This document shows positions 21,201 to 30,440 of a stretch of 64,000 nucleotides of DNA, in pieces. The notes beneath the pieces were generated by a model. The model had not been told where the DNA came from. It saw only the letters and a list, made by a program, of their open reading frames with translations, and made no database searches. The stretch's first letter is position 1. Each line of letters begins with the position of its first letter. The position numbers and the translations under genes are program-made. The stretch is from Akkermansiaceae bacterium (GTDB lineage: Bacteria; Verrucomicrobiota; Verrucomicrobiia; Verrucomicrobiales; Akkermansiaceae): assembly GCA_019634595.1 (NCBI GenBank), contig JAHCBC010000006.1:146980-210979 (forward strand). Reading direction: 5' to 3'.

Positions 21201-24200
21201 GCGGAGCTTTCCCTCGCAGGTGGAGGCAGCGCGGGTGCGACCATCCTGAACGTCCACGGCCAAGGCCGTGCGGAAGCGAAGGACTGGAGGTTCGGCCCGC
21301 TGGAACTGGTTACGGACAAGCTGGAATACGCCGCCGGCGACAAGCTGCGCCTGCGCGTGAACAGTGACAAGGTGGATGCCAATGTGTGGCTTTTCCTCCA
21401 CGTGGGTGGATCCAGCGGACGGGAGGCGAGGCGCATCCGGCTGGATGGCAAGAGCCTGGAGGTGGAGGTGGCGCTGGACCGGCGGGACATGCCGAACATG
21501 TTCGTCGAGGGCGTGACCGTCCACGGTGCCAGGATCCACAGTGTCGCCCGGGAAGTGCTCCTCCCCCCCGCAGGCAAGATGATCGATGTCACGGTGGAAC
21601 CCGCCGCGGCGAAGCTGGAGCCGGGGGGAAAGACCGCGCTCAGGATCACGCTGAAGGATGCGGAGGGCCATCCGGTCGTCGGCAAGGCGGTGCTGGCTGT
21701 GTACGACAAAGCTCTGGAAGCGGTCGCCGGGGGGCCGAACAGCCCGCCCATCCAGGAGTATTTCTGGAAGTGGAGGAATAACTACTATGGAACGCGTAGT
21801 TCCTGCTCCGTTCCCTTCGCAGCGGGGAACCTGGTCAGGCAGAAGCAGCCGGAGATGGAGATGCTGGCCCGGGACAACGAGGGGGGAGGTACCGTCTTCT
21901 TCGGCATGGAATCCGCGGGCGGGTCCATGCGCATGAAGGAAGGTTCCGTTCCCGCTCCCGCGATGGCGGCGGCGGATGGTCTGGACGCGGAGGGAAATGC
22001 GGGCGGCGGTGCGGTGCCAGCCGTCGCGGTGCGGAAGGACTTCGCGGATCTGCTGAAATGGTCCGGTGAGATCACCACGGACGCGGCTGGAGCAGCGGAG
22101 GTGCCGCTGGAGTTTCCGGACAACCTGACAACCTGGAAAGCCCGGGTGTGGGTGCTGGGCAGCGGCACCCGCGTGGGGGAGGGCGGAACGGAGATCATCA
22201 CCTCGAAGGATCTGCTCGTCCGCCTGCAGGCTCCGCGTTTCCTGGTGGAGCGGGATGAAGCGGTCCTTTCCGCCGTGGTGCACAACGAACATGCCGTGGC
22301 GAAGGAAGTGAAGGTCTCTCTGGAACTGGAGGGAACGGCCGTGACACCGGTGGATGGAAAGCCATCGACGGTGAAAATCCCGCCGAAGGGGGAGGCCAGG
22401 GTGGACTGGAAGGTGAAGGCCGGTGCGGAAGGTGTCGCGAAGGTCAGGATGCGGGCGGAAACCCAGGGGGACGGGGACGCCGTGGAGCGTGACCTCCCGG
22501 TGCGTGTGCATGGCATGGTCAGGCAGGATGCCTGGAGCCGCGTTCTGGAACCGGGTGTTCCTTCGCTTGAAATTCCTGTGGAAGTCCCGGACAAGATGCG
22601 CGCGGAACAGACCAGGCTGACCGTCCGGTTCTCCCCCACGGTGGCCGGAGCGGTCGTGGACGCCATCCCCTACCTTGCGGAGTATCCCCATGGCTGCACG
22701 GAACAGACGCTGAACCGTTTCATCCCGGCGGTGATCGCACAGCGGTTGTTGCAGGACATGAATTTCAATCTCACGGAGATCCGGACCAAACGCACGAACC
22801 TCAATCCACAGGAACTCGGTGACGCGGCGGAACGCGCCCGGCAATGGAAGCAGTGGCAGGGAAATCCTGTTTTCGATGAAGCCAGACTCAAGGAAATGGT
22901 GGCATCCGGCACGGAGAAGCTGGCCTCGATGCAGAATGGCGACGGGGGGTGGGGCTGGTTCTCCGGACACGGTGAGCGATCCTACCCGCACACCACCGCG
23001 GTGGTGGTGCATGGCCTTCTGACAGGAAAGGCGGCCGGAGCGTCCATCAATGATGGCATGCTCGCTTCGGGGGTTGCCTGGCTGTCCGCCTACGAGGACG
23101 AGCAGCTCCAGGCCCTCAGGAGATTCGCCGGGCGGGAGGAAAAGACGAAAGCGGGTGCCGAAGTGAAGCCGTCCGGATTGCCGGAGAAGGCGAAAGCGGA
23201 TGCGGTCGATGCCTTTGTCCGTGAGATCCTCGGACGGGCGGGTGATGAGAACGCCGAAATGCTGGCCCTCCTTTACCGGGATCGGGTGGACCTTCCGGTC
23301 TATGGACAGGCGCTGCTGGGGCTGGAACTCCACCGGCTGAACAACACCGTATGGCGGGATGAGATCCTGACGATGATCTCGCAGTTCCTCCGGCGGGACC
23401 AGGAGAACCAGACCGTCCATCTGGATCTCGGGAACTCCGGCTACTGGTGGTACTGGTACGGCAGCACCGTGGAGGCGCATGCATGGTACCTGAAACTCCT
23501 GACCGCCGTGAAACCGGCGGACCCGGACACACGTGGACTGGTGAAGTATCTGGTGAACAACCGGAAGAACAGCCACTGGTGGGAATCCACCCGCGACACG
23601 GCCTACGCCATCGAGGCGATCGCCGGATACATGAAAGCGAGCGGCGAGGATGCGCCGGAAATGGAGGTGGAGGTGACACTGGACGGGAAGCCCCTCGGGA
23701 AAGTGGCGGTCAACCGGGACAACCTTTTCTCCTTCGACGGAACATTCACCCTGTCCGGCAAGGACGTCCCCCCCGGCAAACATCTGGTCGGCATCCGGCG
23801 CACCGGTGGCGGCACCGTCTATGCGAACGCCTACCTGGAGGTGTTCAGCCTGGAAGACCGCCTGCGAGAGGCCGGACTGGAAGTGAAGGTCACCCGGAAG
23901 ATTTCAAGGATCACGGAAACCGGGAAGAAAAGCGGCACCGTCGGCCGGTCCGGGCAGCCGGTATCCCAGCAGGAGGAACGCCTGCAACGGAAGCCGCTGG
24001 AGGATGGGGCCACGCTCGCTTCCGGCGACCGCATCGAGGTGGAGCTGATCCTTGAGAGCAAGAACGACTACGAATATCTGGTGTTCTCGGACGCGAAGGC
24101 GGCGGGTTTTGAAGCGGTGGATGCCCTCAGCGGTTATGTCCGGGAGCCGGGGCTGGCGGCCTACATGGAACCGCGCGACCAGACGGTGGATTTCTTCATC

Positions 24201-24353
24201 CGCTCCCTCCCGCGCGGCACCCATTCCCTCCGCTACCAGTTGCGGGCGGAAACTCCGGGCACCTACAAGGCGCTCCCCGCGACCGCGGAGGCCATGTATG
24301 CGCCGGAGCTGCGCGGGAACTCCGGCGACTTCCGTCTCAGGATCCGGGAGTGA
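18300..24353 (+). CDS. Bacterial alpha-2-macroglobulin (MG2 domain protein)
   Basis: TDRPLYKPGD, FRVEEFRKPEF, PDNLTTWKARV, thioester motif YPHGCTEQT, ATAEAMYAPE; signal peptide. Confidence 0.95.
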   Translation: MKAFGFAVFAVFALVVQSAFGQEPAALRQEYAQLIERGLWRDAVTFYKEKLSPVSDARSGEDLTKAVTALGRLNEWAEFDGLVETAVAGHQGNMRLLQAAADAYRNAPQAGRIIGGNFERGWAGAGGIVLRTENRDRVRRLQLLLESLKHPGDEAVVAEGWATLAAELKSDEAWKFQLLTPLEKLPEWEERGPEGATEGAPWNGDAPVLYAVPASWEAAANDGERWRFALSKWAALGPEAAAKATMELARFSQSQFGVDTLNGFGWWRDRDPESEKGILSVETLADDEVLAKTSDGVRRFKLPPDWHFIALYRSVLDAPGSGADAGFALAQAYLNRRQFVKAEEALEALIARHGPGTEDFRKKLLDQITGNWGRFGIAETVEKGVHPRIPLVFRNAVSVKLTAAPVDMDAVLGDTISYLKGNPLELQWELLNPSAIASRIIREEQSKYVGAPEKEWTVPLTPAEGHRNTRGEVEVPVGKAGAWWISAEMENGNRFHTLVWVVDHVLVHRDVAGSKQWWTADAADGAPLEGAEIGFFGYRTVNRERKTPQERRMDVQTKSFTRTTDADGKTLLKPGDMEPGYEWMAISRKAGRATTFFGFQPFMVEEPSFDNGNRDISYGITDRPLYKPGDKLHVKFFLRNVGYFEPDEAKYANRTGTLSLFNGRGEEALKIPGLRTDELGALEAEVVIPKDAPLGGWQAVFSIPEMMSGSVAFRVEEFRKPEFEVTVEAPSVPVKLGGKFSAKVKAAYFHGAPVREAEVEVIVKRSALSERWFPAGRWDWLYGRGAWWPGTDAAWHPGWGGWSCQPPPSPWMVNRRWTPDELVLRRTMKIGADGTVDVEVDTAQVLETHGDMDARYSIEARVVDASRREEHGSGSVIAARKPFEVVTWADRGFTAPGETVEANVSAATLAGVPVAGARGTLKLFRLSLDADGKVVETEASSWPVETDAAGRISQRFPAPEAGQYRLAAELSLAGGGSAGATILNVHGQGRAEAKDWRFGPLELVTDKLEYAAGDKLRLRVNSDKVDANVWLFLHVGGSSGREARRIRLDGKSLEVEVALDRRDMPNMFVEGVTVHGARIHSVAREVLLPPAGKMIDVTVEPAAAKLEPGGKTALRITLKDAEGHPVVGKAVLAVYDKALEAVAGGPNSPPIQEYFWKWRNNYYGTRSSCSVPFAAGNLVRQKQPEMEMLARDNEGGGTVFFGMESAGGSMRMKEGSVPAPAMAAADGLDAEGNAGGGAVPAVAVRKDFADLLKWSGEITTDAAGAAEVPLEFPDNLTTWKARVWVLGSGTRVGEGGTEIITSKDLLVRLQAPRFLVERDEAVLSAVVHNEHAVAKEVKVSLELEGTAVTPVDGKPSTVKIPPKGEARVDWKVKAGAEGVAKVRMRAETQGDGDAVERDLPVRVHGMVRQDAWSRVLEPGVPSLEIPVEVPDKMRAEQTRLTVRFSPTVAGAVVDAIPYLAEYPHGCTEQTLNRFIPAVIAQRLLQDMNFNLTEIRTKRTNLNPQELGDAAERARQWKQWQGNPVFDEARLKEMVASGTEKLASMQNGDGGWGWFSGHGERSYPHTTAVVVHGLLTGKAAGASINDGMLASGVAWLSAYEDEQLQALRRFAGREEKTKAGAEVKPSGLPEKAKADAVDAFVREILGRAGDENAEMLALLYRDRVDLPVYGQALLGLELHRLNNTVWRDEILTMISQFLRRDQENQTVHLDLGNSGYWWYWYGSTVEAHAWYLKLLTAVKPADPDTRGLVKYLVNNRKNSHWWESTRDTAYAIEAIAGYMKASGEDAPEMEVEVTLDGKPLGKVAVNRDNLFSFDGTFTLSGKDVPPGKHLVGIRRTGGGTVYANAYLEVFSLEDRLREAGLEVKVTRKISRITETGKKSGTVGRSGQPVSQQEERLQRKPLEDGATLASGDRIEVELILESKNDYEYLVFSDAKAAGFEAVDALSGYVREPGLAAYMEPRDQTVDFFIRSLPRGTHSLRYQLRAETPGTYKALPATAEAMYAPELRGNSGDFRLRIRE

Positions 24354-24358
24354 TCCAT

Positions 24359-25291
24359 TCAGATCCCGCCGGTTCCGGACAGCGGAAACTTCGCCACCAG
24401 GCTCCGCACGGTGGCGAGGATGGCGGGGTTCTTCTCATTGGCCCTCCAGCGGATGCCGAACCTGAATGCCTTCGGAAGCAGGAAACCGAAGGCTGGATGG
24501 GTGGCCAGCCCCAGAGGCCCGAGCCGCAGCCTGGATGCTGCCTCTCCGGGAAAGATCAGCACGCCGAGCCCCAGGCGGCAGGCTTCGACCGCTTCATGTT
24601 CGGAGCCGAACTCCATCATCTCCATGATATGGATGCCGTAGGTCGTCTCACACCATTTGGAAAGGAAGTGGCGGAAGCCCGCGGCGAGGGACTCCGTGGG
24701 GAGGATGGCGCTCGCGGAGAAGGTGTCCGGGAAGCTGAACCCATCCGTGTCGAAGGCGTAGTAGTCCGGATTCCACGCCACTGTCAGGCCCGCTTCGGCG
24801 GCCACCGTGGATACCCGGATCTCCGGACAGTCACCGGCCCTCAGGAATGAGCCGGTGATCACGATGTCCGTCTCGAAGTTTTTCAGAGCGTTCACCCAGT
24901 CCGCCTTTGCCTCCAGGTCCATCCATATCTCCATCACGGACGGATCAGCCGTCGGGTTGCGCGCCCTCTTCAGTTCCTGGGAAAGATAGCTTCCATCCGC
25001 CCAGATCTTCACCTCATGGGATTGGAAGCGGTTCCAGTAGTCGGCCCGCCTCAGAAGATCGATGTATTCCTGGTTGAGGCGTTCGAGGTGGGGCAGGATG
25101 GATCTGGCTTGCTCCGTCATGGAGGCCCCTTCCGGAGAGCGGTGGAACAGCAGGAAACCCATCACTTGCTCCAGCTTTGAAATATGCGCGCTCACCGCCG
25201 GTTGGGTGATTCCCAGCTCCTTTGCCGCCGCGGAGAAGCTCCCTGACTGCGTCAGGGCGAGGAATACCTGGATCTCCCGGATTTCAGGCAT
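24359..25291 (-). CDS. LysR-family transcriptional regulator
   Basis: GSFSAAAKELGITQPAVSAHISKLEQVMGFLLFHR helix-turn-helix. Confidence 0.9.
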   Translation of the reverse strand: MPEIREIQVFLALTQSGSFSAAAKELGITQPAVSAHISKLEQVMGFLLFHRSPEGASMTEQARSILPHLERLNQEYIDLLRRADYWNRFQSHEVKIWADGSYLSQELKRARNPTADPSVMEIWMDLEAKADWVNALKNFETDIVITGSFLRAGDCPEIRVSTVAAEAGLTVAWNPDYYAFDTDGFSFPDTFSASAILPTESLAAGFRHFLSKWCETTYGIHIMEMMEFGSEHEAVEACRLGLGVLIFPGEAASRLRLGPLGLATHPAFGFLLPKAFRFGIRWRANEKNPAILATVRSLVAKFPLSGTGGI

Positions 25292-26180
25292 GATCGTGGT
25301 GGGGAGGGGGGATTTTGATGCTGTTGACCAATGCGGGGAGGAATTCGTAGGGATGCTGCCGGAGGTGGCGCAGATGGACGCTGGTGGATGCGGAGGGGGG
25401 TGGGGCCGCCGTTGTTGTCCAGTGGGAACCCGAAACGGGGATTTCGGGAGCGAAGATCAGTGTTCCGGCGGGACACTCTTCCGGGTGGTCCAGCCAATGC
25501 AGGAACCGTGCCTCATCCAGGGGCCGGTATCCGGTGATTTCGCCCGCCATCGGTTCCGCCCGCATTTCTTCTGATGAGACGATCCATGGACGGCCTGATG
25601 TGGCATCAGGCGTCTCTCCTTTTCTCTCCAGCATCCGGAACGGCAGGTGTCCCAGAAGATGGGAGACGAAGCGTGGGCTGGTGATCGGCACACAGCCGAT
25701 GTGGAGATCACACGTGCCCCCGGTCAGGGCCTTGGTCGCTTCATCCGCTGGAACGGGAACGTAGGAAACACGGATCTTCCCGGAGATCTGGAAATCACGG
25801 AAGAGGCTGCGGAAAATGCTGGAGCGGAAAACCGTGGGCGACCCTCCGATCCGGACGGGCCGTCCGTTGGTGCGGATGCCCTCCACCTCCTTGGCCAGTG
25901 ATTCCCGGGCGGCATTCAGCGACCGCAGGTCGTTGAAGAGGCGGTCCGCGAACGGACTCGGCACCAGCACCCCACGGCGCGGTTCCGTGAAAAGCGGATT
26001 GCGGAGCGCTTGTTCCAGGCGGTCCATCATCCGGAGAACTCCTTTCCGGTCCAGGTTCAGATCGTGGGCTGCCGCAGTGTAGTCCCTGGCGATGTAGACC
26101 TGCTGGAAAGCCGCCAGGTGGCGCAGTTCGGGAAGAACCGGGCCACCGGCTCTATCGGTGGGCGGGGGGTGGTCATCCAT
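25284..26180 (-). CDS. Atypical LysR-like regulator
   Basis: LRHLAAFQQV...YTAAAHDLNLDRKGVLRMMDRLEQALRNPLF is a diverged LysR HTH; 8-bp overlap with the downstream LysR. Confidence 0.7.
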   Translation of the reverse strand: MDDHPPPTDRAGGPVLPELRHLAAFQQVYIARDYTAAAHDLNLDRKGVLRMMDRLEQALRNPLFTEPRRGVLVPSPFADRLFNDLRSLNAARESLAKEVEGIRTNGRPVRIGGSPTVFRSSIFRSLFRDFQISGKIRVSYVPVPADEATKALTGGTCDLHIGCVPITSPRFVSHLLGHLPFRMLERKGETPDATSGRPWIVSSEEMRAEPMAGEITGYRPLDEARFLHWLDHPEECPAGTLIFAPEIPVSGSHWTTTAAPPPSASTSVHLRHLRQHPYEFLPALVNSIKIPPPHHDHA

Positions 26181-26269
26181 GAAGGGCTTCTCCGCGTTGA
26201 ATTTTTGACTCAGTTTTATGGGAGGGCAAAAACGACTGATTCATCCGCTTTTTGGCAAGGGGGATGCGG

Positions 26270-26330
26270 AATAGCATTGAGGGGGTGATTATTTCACATA
26301 TGTGAAATAATTGGGTAATAGCGTTGAGGG
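26270..26330. promoter_or_regulatory. Operator-like element: perfect 24-bp palindrome flanked by 14-bp direct repeats
   Basis: ATTATTTCACATATGTGAAATAAT (26288-26311); AATAGCRTTGAGGG at 26270-26283 and 26317-26330. Confidence 0.65.
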
Positions 26331-26675
26331 ATCTGTTTATGGGGGTATCAGGAAATGGGCGGGATTTATCCTGAACAATGCGGAGTTCATCCTATTCAAT
26401 CTTCAGGATATCGTCAAAATTTAAACAGATTGATAATTTAGATATGAATAATGCTTGGTTTCCCGATTGTGGGGCTATCAGTCACCTGCGCCCTCAGCCC
26501 GTGGTGGTGCCGGGGGGGGGAAGTCGGTGAGCCTGAACTCCTGGATTCCCGGGTTCCCCAGCGGCCCCGGCGCTTCGTAGAGCGAAATCCAATGCCTTCA
26601 AGGATTGGAACGGGTATCAGAACTGGACCGCATCTTAATCATGCGCGACCAATCGATACCCGGAGGTCCGGTTGG

Positions 26676-28268
26676 TCATTCCTGCTCCGCGATGGCGATG
26701 CGTGGGAAAACCGGCTTGGGTTTGCCGATGGCGTGTCCATCCGGGATGAGGCCCCATGACAGGTCCGGAAGCTTGATGGACTCCAGACCGGGCAGGGAAA
26801 GCTGGGCTGCGAGCTTGGCGGAGGCATCCGGCAGCACCGGAGCCAACAGGACGGCGGCATGGGCCACGCTTTCCGCCAGATGGTAAAGCACGGTGGCGAT
26901 CCTCGCCTTCAGCGCGGGGTCGTTGCTCGTCTTCCATTCCTTGTTCATCTCCCATGGCTTCATCCGTTCCGCATAGCCGTTGCAGTGGACGACATGGCGG
27001 TTGATGGCCTCCAGGCCACGGGAAATGTCGTAGTCGTCCATGGCGGCACGGTAATCCGCCAGTGAGGTGGCGAGGGAATCGCGCAGCGCCAGATCATCCG
27101 CGGTCAATTCCCCGGTGGTGGTGATGATGCCGCCGGTGAAGTTCTGGCTCATGTTCAGCGCGCGGTTGCAGAGGTTGCCCAGCGCGTTCGCCAGCTCCGT
27201 GTTGAAGAGCATCAGCAGGCGCTCCGGATCGAACTCCGAGTCCTTGCCGGTGGTGATGTCGCGGACCAGATAGTAACGGACGGCATCCACGCCGAACTTG
27301 TCCACGAGTTCGGACGGATCGACGATGTTGCCGAGCGACTTGGACATTTTCTCGCCGCGCAGGCCGTTCCAGAAGCCGTGGACGAGCAGTTGCGGGATCT
27401 TGTCGTCCGGGAAGCCCATGGCGTGGAGCATGATGGGCCAATAGATGCCGTGGGCGGGGACGAGGATGTCCTTGCCGATGATGTGGAGGGCGCGGCGGTC
27501 ATTCTCCATCCAGAGCTTGTTGAAGTCCGGCAGGGTGCCGTCCTCCGAGCAGTATCCGGCGAAGGAGATGTAGTTGATGAGCGCGTCGAACCAGACGTAG
27601 GTCACGTATTCCGGGTCGAAGGGGAACTCGATGCCCCAGCGGAGGCGCGCCTTCGGGCGGGAAACGCAGAGGTCGAGGCCGGGAGAACGCTCCAGGGCGT
27701 TGAGCACCTCATTGCGGCGGAAGCCGGGCAGGACGAAGTCCGCCGTTCCGCCGATGAACGACTTCAACCACTCCGCGTGGTCACTCAGGCGGAAATACCA
27801 GTTCTCTTCCTCGATTTCGATGACCTCACCCCATTCCGGGCCGAACCCGCCCTGCTCGTTGCGGTCGCGGTCGGTGAGGAACTGCTCCTGGCGGACGGAG
27901 TAGAGGTCTTTCTTGGAGTTCTTGTAGAGCTGGCCGTTGTCCTTGAGCCGGGTGAGGATGGCACCGACGCAGGCCTTGTGGCGGTCGTCGATGGTTTCCG
28001 CCCAGCCATCATACTGGACGCCCAGTTTCTCCCACAGGTTGGAGAACTTCTTGGTCGTGCGTTTGACGTAGGTGGCGGGGTGGACGCCTTCTTTTTCCGC
28101 GGTCTGCTGCACCTTCTGCCCATGCTGGTCCACGCCGGTGAGGAAATACACCTCATCCCCGCTCAGGCGGCGGTAGCGGGCGATGACATCCGCCAGCACT
28201 TTCTCATAGGCGTGGCCGAAATGGGGCGAGCCGTTGGTGTAGTCGATGGCGGTGGTGAGGTAGAACAT
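26676..28268 (-). CDS. metG: Methionine--tRNA ligase (short form)
   Basis: FYLTTAIDYTNGSPHFGH, GVDQHGQK, YVWFDALINY, IGKDIL, KMSKSLGN. Confidence 0.97.
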   Translation of the reverse strand: MFYLTTAIDYTNGSPHFGHAYEKVLADVIARYRRLSGDEVYFLTGVDQHGQKVQQTAEKEGVHPATYVKRTTKKFSNLWEKLGVQYDGWAETIDDRHKACVGAILTRLKDNGQLYKNSKKDLYSVRQEQFLTDRDRNEQGGFGPEWGEVIEIEEENWYFRLSDHAEWLKSFIGGTADFVLPGFRRNEVLNALERSPGLDLCVSRPKARLRWGIEFPFDPEYVTYVWFDALINYISFAGYCSEDGTLPDFNKLWMENDRRALHIIGKDILVPAHGIYWPIMLHAMGFPDDKIPQLLVHGFWNGLRGEKMSKSLGNIVDPSELVDKFGVDAVRYYLVRDITTGKDSEFDPERLLMLFNTELANALGNLCNRALNMSQNFTGGIITTTGELTADDLALRDSLATSLADYRAAMDDYDISRGLEAINRHVVHCNGYAERMKPWEMNKEWKTSNDPALKARIATVLYHLAESVAHAAVLLAPVLPDASAKLAAQLSLPGLESIKLPDLSWGLIPDGHAIGKPKPVFPRIAIAEQE

Positions 28269-28295
28269 GGTCGGGAATGATCGGGTGGGTGGAAA

Positions 28296-28640
28296 TCAGG
28301 CGTCGCGGACGACTTTGCCGCCCAGGGAGAGGATGCGGGCATTGCCCTTGGCCGCTTCCGCTTCCGGGATGTTGCCGTCCCGGACATACATCTGGGAAAG
28401 GCCGGTCCAGGCGAGCAGGTCGTTCGGCTTCAGGGTCACGGCCTGCAGGCCGCAGCCGATCGCCTCCTTGGTCTGGCCGGTCTTCAGCAGCGCCATGGCC
28501 AGCGCGTGCCAGCCGTCGAAGAAGCCGGGATCGAGCGCGACACAGCGGCGGTAAAGCACGATGGCCTCCTCGAGTTCACCCAGGGCGAGATGACCGTTGG
28601 CTTCGTCGAAGAGTTCTTCGGATTCGGAGTTCCCTTGCAT
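28296..28640 (-). CDS. Small TPR protein
   Basis: Start at MQGNSESEELF; TPR pattern GELEEAIVLYRRCVALDPGFFDGWHALAMALLK. Confidence 0.85.
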   Translation of the reverse strand: MQGNSESEELFDEANGHLALGELEEAIVLYRRCVALDPGFFDGWHALAMALLKTGQTKEAIGCGLQAVTLKPNDLLAWTGLSQMYVRDGNIPEAEAAKGNARILSLGGKVVRDA

Positions 28641-28674
28641 CGGCTCTGTCCGGCGGTGGCCGCCGGAAGGCGGG

Positions 28675-30336
28675 TTACTGCTTGGCGTAGAGGTCCTCCA
28701 CCTTGGCGGCTTCGGTTTCCGCGGCGAGCCAGGAGTGGAAGGCGGCGAAGGCGTTGCCGGCGGCGCTGTTGGACACCTCGGCATCCAGGCGGGCGGCGGC
28801 GTTCTCTTCCTTGACGACTTCACGCTTCACCACATGCACGATGAACGCGCGGTCGGATTCGACGATGGTGTTGGTGAGGGCGCCGGGATCGGTCGCGCGG
28901 GCTTCCTCAAAGAGGCTCTGGGGCTCGCTGAGTGCATCCGCACGGTAGGAGCGGGTCACGTTTGCGACCGTCTTCACTTCGTTGATGCCCGCATCCTTTG
29001 CGGCGTCCGCGAAGGATTTCTTCGCGGCCAGGCCTTCCTTGATCTTGGTGGAGGCGTCCGCTGCGGCGGCTTTCAGCGCTTCGACGCCTTTTTCCAGGAT
29101 ATACTGGGCACGGGCATCCGCACGGGCTTCCGCGTAGGTCTTCACCCGGGAGGCTTCCTCGCCGTCGATGCGGGCGACCAGCCACTGGCCCTCCCCGATC
29201 GCGATGGGTTCGGAAACGCGGGAGACGGCATCCTTGCCGGCCGTCATGCGGAAAAGGAGATCCACCGCCTTGCCTCCCTGGCTGGAGGAACGGAGGTCGA
29301 TGTTCAGATCCGCCGGGGGGGTGCTGAGTGGGAAGAGTTCGGTCGTCTTGACTTCCCAGCCGTTCTTTTTGGCGAGGTCCTCGAAGCCGGCGCCGTGTTG
29401 CTCCATCAGGGAGAAGCTGAAGTCATCGACCAGGCCATCCACCTTGTTCTGGTTCACGCGGCGTGCCTCGGCGGTCTTCGCGGCGGCGGCGGCTTTCTTG
29501 TCATCCTCCGCTTTCTTGGCGGCGGCTTTCGCTTCTTCCGTCGCGTCGGCGGGCAGTGGGGCGGCGGGTGCCTCGGGAGCTGTCTCGGCGGTGGCTTCCG
29601 GGGTCACGATCACGTAGGTGAATTTCTTGAGCGGCTCCGTCTTGAAGGAGTCCTGGATGCCTTCCCAGTAGGCTTTGATCTCCTCTTCCTTCGGGTCGAT
29701 CTTGTCCTGATAGGTATCGAGGTCCAGACGGCCGAGTTCGACGGTGATCTGCTGGGAATCCAGGGCGGATTCACGGGCGATCGCGTCGCGGTCGGTGCTG
29801 AGGCCGGCGCTGAGGATCGACTGGAGCTTCTGCGCGACGATGGCGTCGGAAACGATGTCCCGCAGGTCATGCTCCGCGAGGCCCAGGCGGTTCATCCCGC
29901 CCTCGACGAATTTTCCGTAGATCTCCGGATCGAAGCTGCCGTCCTGGCCGCTGAACGCGCGCATTTTCCGGATGTAGCTGGAGACTTCCTCATCGTCCGG
30001 GTGGAGGCCGAACTTGTCCTTCGCCTGTTGCAGGAGCACGCGGTTGATGAAGAGTTGCTTCGGGATGTCATCCCCGCCGCCGCGTCCGAAAAGTGGCATG
30101 AACGCCTGGTAAAGCCCGAAGTCGCCGGCCCGTGCGATGCCGATGATGGTTTCATAGCTTCCGGAACCCAGGCGGCGGTAGTCCTTTTCACTGTAGTTGC
30201 GGCCGTCGATCCGCATCACGGTGGGTGAACCGATCGATCCCTGCATGGATTGGGTGTCCATGAAGAAGAAACTGATGAAGACGACCACCAGGACGACGAT
30301 CGTCAGGCCAGAGTATTTGCGGATTTGCTCGATCAT
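28675..30336 (-). CDS. SurA N-terminal domain / PpiD-like periplasmic chaperone
   Basis: MIEQIRK + TM helix; F.GQDG.FD...Y..F pattern; FEDLAKK and ELFP segments typical of PpiD-like proteins. Confidence 0.75.
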   Translation of the reverse strand: MIEQIRKYSGLTIVVLVVVFISFFFMDTQSMQGSIGSPTVMRIDGRNYSEKDYRRLGSGSYETIIGIARAGDFGLYQAFMPLFGRGGGDDIPKQLFINRVLLQQAKDKFGLHPDDEEVSSYIRKMRAFSGQDGSFDPEIYGKFVEGGMNRLGLAEHDLRDIVSDAIVAQKLQSILSAGLSTDRDAIARESALDSQQITVELGRLDLDTYQDKIDPKEEEIKAYWEGIQDSFKTEPLKKFTYVIVTPEATAETAPEAPAAPLPADATEEAKAAAKKAEDDKKAAAAAKTAEARRVNQNKVDGLVDDFSFSLMEQHGAGFEDLAKKNGWEVKTTELFPLSTPPADLNIDLRSSSQGGKAVDLLFRMTAGKDAVSRVSEPIAIGEGQWLVARIDGEEASRVKTYAEARADARAQYILEKGVEALKAAAADASTKIKEGLAAKKSFADAAKDAGINEVKTVANVTRSYRADALSEPQSLFEEARATDPGALTNTIVESDRAFIVHVVKREVVKEENAAARLDAEVSNSAAGNAFAAFHSWLAAETEAAKVEDLYAKQ

Positions 30337-30440
30337 GAAATTGCGGGGCTTCCCCGTGAACGGGGCGAGTAAAGAGGGGGAAAAGCTGCCGGGCAATGGA
30401 AGAATTGCGAGGCTGGAATGAGAATTTTCCGGGATTTTTC

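Noticed and set aside
20724-23783. 1019-aa antisense ORF, and similar long shadow ORFs such as 794..2470, 18288..20198 and 35247..36971
   Set aside because: They lie opposite clearly recognisable genes, lack motifs, and are expected from codon bias in high-GC DNA.
26451-26759. 102-aa plus-strand ORF containing a G9 tract (26512-26520) as a phase-variable gene
   Set aside because: Overlaps the metG 3' end, no recognisable domain or RBS; G runs are common at this GC content.
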